A stretch of DNA of 64,000 bases from Scenedesmus sp. PABB004 (Eukaryota). The stretch covers positions 124,001 through 188,000 of the forward strand of contig JABVCE010000014.1 in assembly GCA_014905635.1 (NCBI GenBank). The letters are read 5' to 3'. Of the stretch, positions 58,395 to 64,000 are shown piece after piece. Numbering within the stretch: position 1 is the first letter of the stretch; each line of letters starts with the position of its first letter. The notes beneath the pieces were generated by a model. It was not told the origin of the DNA and searched no databases. It saw only the letters and a program-made list of their open reading frames with translations. The position numbers and the translations under genes are program-made.

Positions 58395-59350
58395 CCGCCC
58401 TCCTCCTCCTCGTCGCGCGCCGCTGCTCTCCCTCCAGCCCCCAGCCGCCTCCCTCCCGCTCCTCGGACACCGTGGGGCGGGCGCCGCCGCGGGCGCCTCC
58501 GCGCTCGTCCTCCTCCTCCTCTGCCTCCTCAAGAGCCGCGCGCGCGCGGGTCGCTCAGCCAAGTGCAGTTCTCTGGGCCCCGGCGGCGCCGTGCACCGCG
58601 CTGGGCGTGGTGAGGGGCGCCACGGGGACCACACCGGTCGAAAACACACAACCGCCACGACGGCGACACGGGGGGCCGGCACGGGGCGGCGGCGGGCGCG
58701 CCGGGCGCGCGCCCGCCGCCTGCGCGCTCCTCCGATGGTGGAACGCGCGTGCAAGGCACGCACACACGGCACGAGGCCAACGGCGACAGAGGGACCCACC
58801 ACCACCACCAACGCGGCATCGAGCCGCACGTTTTGCTGCACACACACACACGCCTGCGCGCCGCGCTGCGCGCGCGCGCGGGCTGGTGGGTGGTGCGGGG
58901 TTGGGAGCGGCGCCGGCGGGCGCCGCGCGCGGCGGGCGCCCCGCCGGCGCCGCATGCAGCCACACACACGCACAGTGCAGCCCCCACGTTCGCGTTGCAC
59001 GCGGTCGCAGCGGTCAAGGAAGTCAGTGCGGCCCTACGCTGGGGGCGGTGCGTTTGCAGGAGCAGCAGTGAGGGAGCAGGCTCTGGGAAACACGCACGCC
59101 ACACGCCGGTCGGCCCCCCGATAGCCCACACCGCAACGCTACCAGCGACTGACGACGGACGGACGACAAGCTCGGCGGCGCGCGGCGCCGCGGCCGTCGC
59201 CGGCCGCGCCGCGCGCCGTACCCAGCGCCCGGGGGCGCCTAGTCAAATGAAGCGAGGCCGCGAGTCAACTGCGCCGCCCGCGGCGGGCTGGCAGGCCGCG
59301 CGCGCGCCGCGCGGGGGCCGCCGCCGGCGCTGCCGCCGTGCCGCCGCTGC

Positions 59351-62300
59351 TCAGGCGTAGGGCGCGTCGAGCAGCGCCCACTCAAAGATCCGCTCGTACG
59401 CCTCCGCCGCGCCGTTCCAGCTCGAGTCGCGCTCCATGCCGCGCCGCTGGATGCCCTCAAAGTCCTGCGCGGCGCGGCGCGGCGCGGGTGCGGGGTAAGG
59501 ACGCGGGCGCGCCGGCGCGCCGGCAGCCGCCCGCGTGCAGCAGGGCCTCCGCTGCGCGTGCCAGCCCCACCGCCGCGCGTGCCAGCCCCACCGCCGCGCC
59601 GCGCCGCGCCGCGGCGCACCTTGGGATAGTCGCGCAGCGTCGCGAGCGCGAGGCCGGTCGCGTGCATCAGCCCCGCGGCGTCGCAGCTGCCAAACGTCCA
59701 GCCCGTGCCGCTCGGGCCGGTGGGGTCAAAGTCGATGACCGTGTCGCGCAGCCCGCCTGGGCGCGCGCGCGGCGGCAGCGGGGGCGCGCGTCGGCGCGGG
59801 CAGCGGCGCGGGGGCCGGAGGAGCGCGCACGCCCCGCGCGGCGCGGCGCGGCGCGGCGCGGCGCGGCGCGGCGGCGGGGGGGCCAGGCGGGCAGCGGCTA
59901 GCTGCGAGCAGCGGCGGGCCGGGCGCACCCGTCGCGTGCGCCACGGGCACGGTGCCGTAGGCCATCGCGTAGAGCTGGTTGAGGCCGCACGGCTCAAACC
60001 TGGCGGCACGCGGCGGCGCGGGCGGCGGCGCGGTCGGCACGCGCGGCGTGCGCACGCGCGGCGCCGCCGCACGCAACCGGCGCGCCACGGCCCCGGGCCC
60101 GGCGAGCCGCCCCAGGCGGCCGGCCGGCCGGCCAGGCGGGGCCGCGCACCTGCTGGGCATGAGCAGGATGTCGGCGGCGGCGGTGATCTTGTGGCTCATC
60201 GCCACGTTGAACCCCACCCACCCGCGCGCCTGGTCGCGGTACGCCGCCTCCAGCCAGCGCAGCCCGTTCTGCGCGCGGCGGCGGCGGCAGGGAGCGCGGC
60301 GGCGGCGGGGCGACGGCGCGGCGTGGGCGGGGCGCGCCGCCGCGGCGAGGCGGCAGCGGGCGCGCGCGCGGCGTCGGCGGCGGCGCCGTCGGCCGCACCT
60401 CGAGGTCTGTCGTGCCGGTGCCGAGGCACACGAGCTGCACGCCCTGGCTCATCATCCACGGCGCCGCCTGCAGCACGATGTCGGCGCCCTTCTGGTAGTC
60501 GAGGCGGCCAATGAAGGCGATGAGCGGGACGTCGGGGTTGACCGGCAGCCCCAGCTCCGCCTGCAGCGCCGCCTTGCACGCCGCCTTGCCCGCCTTGAAG
60601 CTGCTCGCGTCGTAGTTGACCGGCAGGTGCTGGTCGACCGCGGGGTTCCAGTCCCTGCGCGGCCACGGGCGGCGCGGTCGGCGTCGGCGCTCGCGCCGCC
60701 CGGGGCGCAGCCGCCCGCGGCCGGCGCAGTGCTGCGCCCCTGCCGGCCCCGCGCGCGCGCGTCGCGCGCGCCGCGGCTCACGAGTCGTCGATGCCGTTGA
60801 CGATGCCGTTGAGCACGGGGCCGCGCGCGTTGAGCATCCCCTCCATGCCCCACCCGCCGAGCCAGGTGCGGATCTCCTCCGCGTAGCCGGGGCTCACCGT
60901 CACGATGCGGTCGGCGACCGCGATGCCCGCCTGCGCGCCGCGGGGCGGGCGGTGTGCGCGTGTGCGTGCGCGGGCGCGCGCGTCAGGGAGAGAAGGAAGA
61001 GAGAGAGAGAGAGTGAGGGGGGGAGAGAGAGTGTGTGAGGAGCTGCGCGCGGCGCGGGCCGGCGCGGCGCGCGCGCCTTGAGCGTGTTGACAGAGCGCCC
61101 CTCCTCCGCGTACGAGCCCTGCCGCAGGTGCGGGGGGTACTGGTACTCCAGCGCGTCTGCGCGGCGCGCGGCGCGGGCGCGGGCGTGGGCGCGGGCGTGG
61201 GCGCGGGCGGGGGCGTGGGCGCGGGCGCGCGCGCGGCGCGGCAGGGTGCGCGGCCGGCCGCCGGCGGCGCGGGCGGCACTCACGGTACCAGTCGGCCGGC
61301 AGGCCGAGCGAGGCGTAGGTGGAGGGCGGGAAGACGCCCTGGTGGCGCAGGTTGTGGATGGCCATGACGCTGCGCGCGCGCTCGTACACGCCGTGCGGGC
61401 GGTACTTGGCCGCCAGGTACACCGGCACGAGCGCGGCGTGCCAGTCGTTGGCGATGAACACGCAGTCCTGCCCGTACAGGCCGTCCGGGCCGAGCGGCAG
61501 GTTGAGCGGCGCCTCGAGGCCCGCGAGGCTCAGCAGCATGTAGCGGAACTGCGCGGCGGCGCGGCAGCGGCGGCGCGGCGCGGCGGCGGCGGCTGTGAGC
61601 GGGCGGGCGGCTCGGGGCGGGCTGCACCGCGGCTGCCGGCGCCAGCGGCCGCCGTTTGCCGCTGCCGCTGCCACCGCTGTCGCTGCCACGGCTGCCGCTG
61701 CTGCCGCTGCTGCCGCTGCTGCCGCTGCTGCCGCTGCTGCCGCCGCCGCCGCTGCCGCTGCCGCTGCTGCCACGCGCCGCGCGCGGGCGCGCCGCACCTG
61801 GTTGTCGCCGTACACGCCGTGCTTGTCGGCGTAGATGCCGCCGGGGCGCGGGAAGGCGGGGTGGTCGACAAACACCCAGTCGACGCCGCGGTGCTCGTGG
61901 TGGAAGAAGCCCACCTCGGCGCCCATGATGTCAAGACGCATCTGGGCGCGGCGCGGCGCGGCGCGGCGCGGCGGCGCGAGCGGGCGGGGCGCGGCGGGGT
62001 GAGCGGGCGGGGCGGGGCGAGCGGGCGTGCGGGCCGGGCAGGGCAGGCAGGCGGCGGGGGCGTGCGCGCGGCGGGGGCGCAGCGCGGCGGGGGCGCTGCG
62101 CGTGCGCGCACCCCGGTGTCGATGGCCTCGGGGTAGTTTGCGTAGCGCGGCGTGACGACCATGACGCGGTGCCCGCGCGCCGCGAGCGCCTGCGGCAGGC
62201 TGCCCAGCACGTCGCCGAGGCCGCCCGTCTTGCTCCAGGGCGCGACCTGCGCGGCGGGTGGCGGCGCGCCGCCCCGCGTCGGGGCTGCGCCGCTGCTGCA

Positions 62301-62722
62301 GCGCCCGGGCGCCGCCGCCGCCGCGCGCGCCGCATGCGCCCCGCTGCGCGCCTCCGGCGCACCTCGCTGGTCACGAACACCAGGTTGCGCGCCGTGGCGG
62401 CCTGCGAGACCGTGCGCGCGGGGGCCTTGGTCGCTGCGGGCGCCTTGGCGGGCTCCTCCTCCGCCACCTCCGGCTCGTCGACGCTGTCGCTGGCCTTGGT
62501 GGGCACCACGACCGTGAGCTCGCCCGTCGCGGGGGGCGCCGTGCTGGGCGGCTTGGTGGCCGGCGCCGCGGGCGCCGCGACCGCCTGCGCCGTGCTCGTC
62601 TCCTGCGCCGCGGCGCGCAGCAGCCAGGGCCGCGCGCCCAGCGACGCTACAATGCACGGACGAACCGTCACGCGCCGGCCGTGGCCGGCCACGCGCGCCG
62701 GGCGCGCCAGCGCTCCTCGCAT
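59351..62722 (-). CDS. SS1: Soluble starch synthase I (GT5), plastid
   Basis: [125 protein letters not shown]; about 10 introns. Confidence 0.95.
61660..61772. repeat. (GCT/GCC)n trinucleotide repeat in a starch synthase intron
   Basis: gctgccgctgctgccgctgctgcc... tract. Confidence 0.85.
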
Positions 62723-63287
62723 CGCGAGCTCCGGCCGGTGCCTGCCGACAGTTGGGGCCCGTGCGGTCCACCGGCGGCGGTGATCTCGCCTGACGGACGC
62801 TCCGGCCGCGGGCGTGGACGCGCAGCGGGTGCGGGCGGGCAGGGGAGAGGCGCTGCCTGGGTGCCGGGGCGCGTGCAGCGGCGGGGGCGCGCGCGCGGGC
62901 GTGCGGGGGCTGGCGGCGGGACACGCGCGGCGTTGGCTCTCTCGACAGCGCCGGGCGCGGCGCGCGGCGGGTCGCGGGAGAGGGAGCTGGAGGGTTTGGC
63001 CGCTCGCCCGCGCGCCTGCCGCACGCCGGCCGCGCGCCGGCGCCGCCCCGGGGCAGCCCACGGCCGCCCTGCAACGCCCCCGGCCGCCGCACAGGCCCGC
63101 CCGCGCCTTCCCGCACTTGAACGCCCGCCCGCTGTCTGTCGGCGCCGCGCCGCGCGGGGAGGCCCCCGCCGCGCTCTTCACGGGTCCAGGGCGGTCCAGC
63201 ACCGCGCGTGGTCGCTAGTCAGGCCGCGGCGGGAGCTGCGTCGAGCGGCGGCAGCGGCGGCGACGGCGGCGCCGTCCTCGCGCCGCG

Positions 63288-64000
63288 ATGTCCGACCCGC
63301 AGCCGCCCCAGCAGCGGGAGCTGCCGGCGCTGCCGCAGTGGAACAGCCGGCTGCGCTTCTCGGCGCAGAAGCCCTGCGGCGACGCGGCGCCGCCCGCGAG
63401 CGCGCGCAAGACGCCGGGCCTGGGCGGCCCGCGCCGCGTGCCCGTGCCGACCGGCAAGACGCCCGCCGCGGCCAAGGTGGGCAGGCGGGGTGGCGCCTCG
63501 CCGCCGGCGCCCGGCGCCTGGCTGGGCGCCGCGACCCGAGCGCCGCCGCCGCCGCAGGCGCCCGACGCGGCGGGGGCGCCCGCGGCGGCGCCCGAGGCCG
63601 ACAAGACGCCGACGGCGTGCCTGTTCGCCAAGTTTGAGAGCCTCAGCCTCTTCACGCCCGCGACGCACCGCGCGGCGCCTGACGGCGGCGGCAGCGCCGC
63701 CCCGAGCGACCCCGCGGCGGCGGCGCGCGGCCGCAGCGTCGCGTTCGCCTCGCCCGCAGTCCTCACCTACACGCCCGCCGGCGCCGAGGGGGCGGGCGGC
63801 GCGCCGGCGGGCGGCGAGGGCACGCCGCTGTGGTCCAACGCGGGTGCGGCGGCGCGAAGACGTCGCGCGGGCCGGGCCGGCGCGTGCGGCGCCGCAAGTG
63901 GGCGCCGCCGAGCGCACGCACGCGCGCACCGCCGCGCAGGTCACACCCCGTACAGCCTCGAGGGCGGCGCGCAGGGCGGCGGCTGCGTGCGCGAGGCGGG
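63288..64000 (+). CDS. Hypothetical protein, 5' part (runs off window)
   Basis: MSDPQPPQQRELPALPQWNSRLRFSAQKP...KTPGLGGPRRVPVP...DKTPTACLFAKFESLSLFTP; GT-AG intron ~63844-63939; multiple TP/SP sites. Confidence 0.55.
   Translation, partial: MSDPQPPQQRELPALPQWNSRLRFSAQKPCGDAAPPASARKTPGLGGPRRVPVPTGKTPAAAKVGRRGGASPPAPGAWLGAATRAPPPPQAPDAAGAPAAAPEADKTPTACLFAKFESLSLFTPATHRAAPDGGGSAAPSDPAAAARGRSVAFASPAVLTYTPAGAEGAGGAPAGGEGTPLWSNAGAAARRRRAGRAGACGAASGRRRAHARAHRRAGHTPYSLEGGAQGGGCVREA

Noticed and set aside
1..64000. Hundreds of long overlapping Ala/Arg/Pro/Gly-rich ORFs in the six-frame track (e.g. 10384-12744, 32562-35063, 50475-52427)
   Set aside because: Stop codons are rare at this GC content; these frames are antisense or run through introns and lack protein motifs.
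1..64000. Introner-like repeated intron family, tRNA or rRNA genes
   Set aside because: Introns share only low-complexity GC composition and short splice motifs, with no extended mutual similarity visible by eye; no structured RNA gene was recognised (tRNAscan and Infernal not run).

Overview
Very GC-rich, intron-dense eukaryotic nuclear DNA from a chlorophyte green alga (inferred from a Chlamydomonas-type LHCA2, a pherophorin domain, TGTAA polyadenylation signals and G[T/C]GCG...GCAG introns; a Sphaeropleales-like alga is plausible but unproven). Most long ORFs in the supplied track are GC-content artefacts, so I traced the real genes exon by exon. About 21 genes: VPS18 (5' end off-window), S28 peptidase, MFS transporter, dienelactone hydrolase, V-ATPase subunit a, NADP-IDH, WDR83, WDR92, INSIG-like protein, heme oxygenase, ABC1K6-like kinase, a plastid membrane protein, TrmB, beta-carotene hydroxylase, a pherophorin/Pro-rich membrane protein, LHCA2, soluble starch synthase I and several hypothetical genes. 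The main structural finding is a ~13.3 kb inversion (43789-57112) with inverted duplications at both breakpoints, in the order A-C...A'-C'. It appears to have duplicated a formerly shared ABC1K/LHCA2 upstream region, and it left an LHCA2 5' stub and a templated filler copied from ABC1K exon 1 that forms a possible new first exon. The second finding is a high frequency of GC-AG introns (19 of roughly 120 traced by hand, all AG|GCGCG). CDS coordinates are gene spans including introns; starts of hypothetical genes are uncertain.
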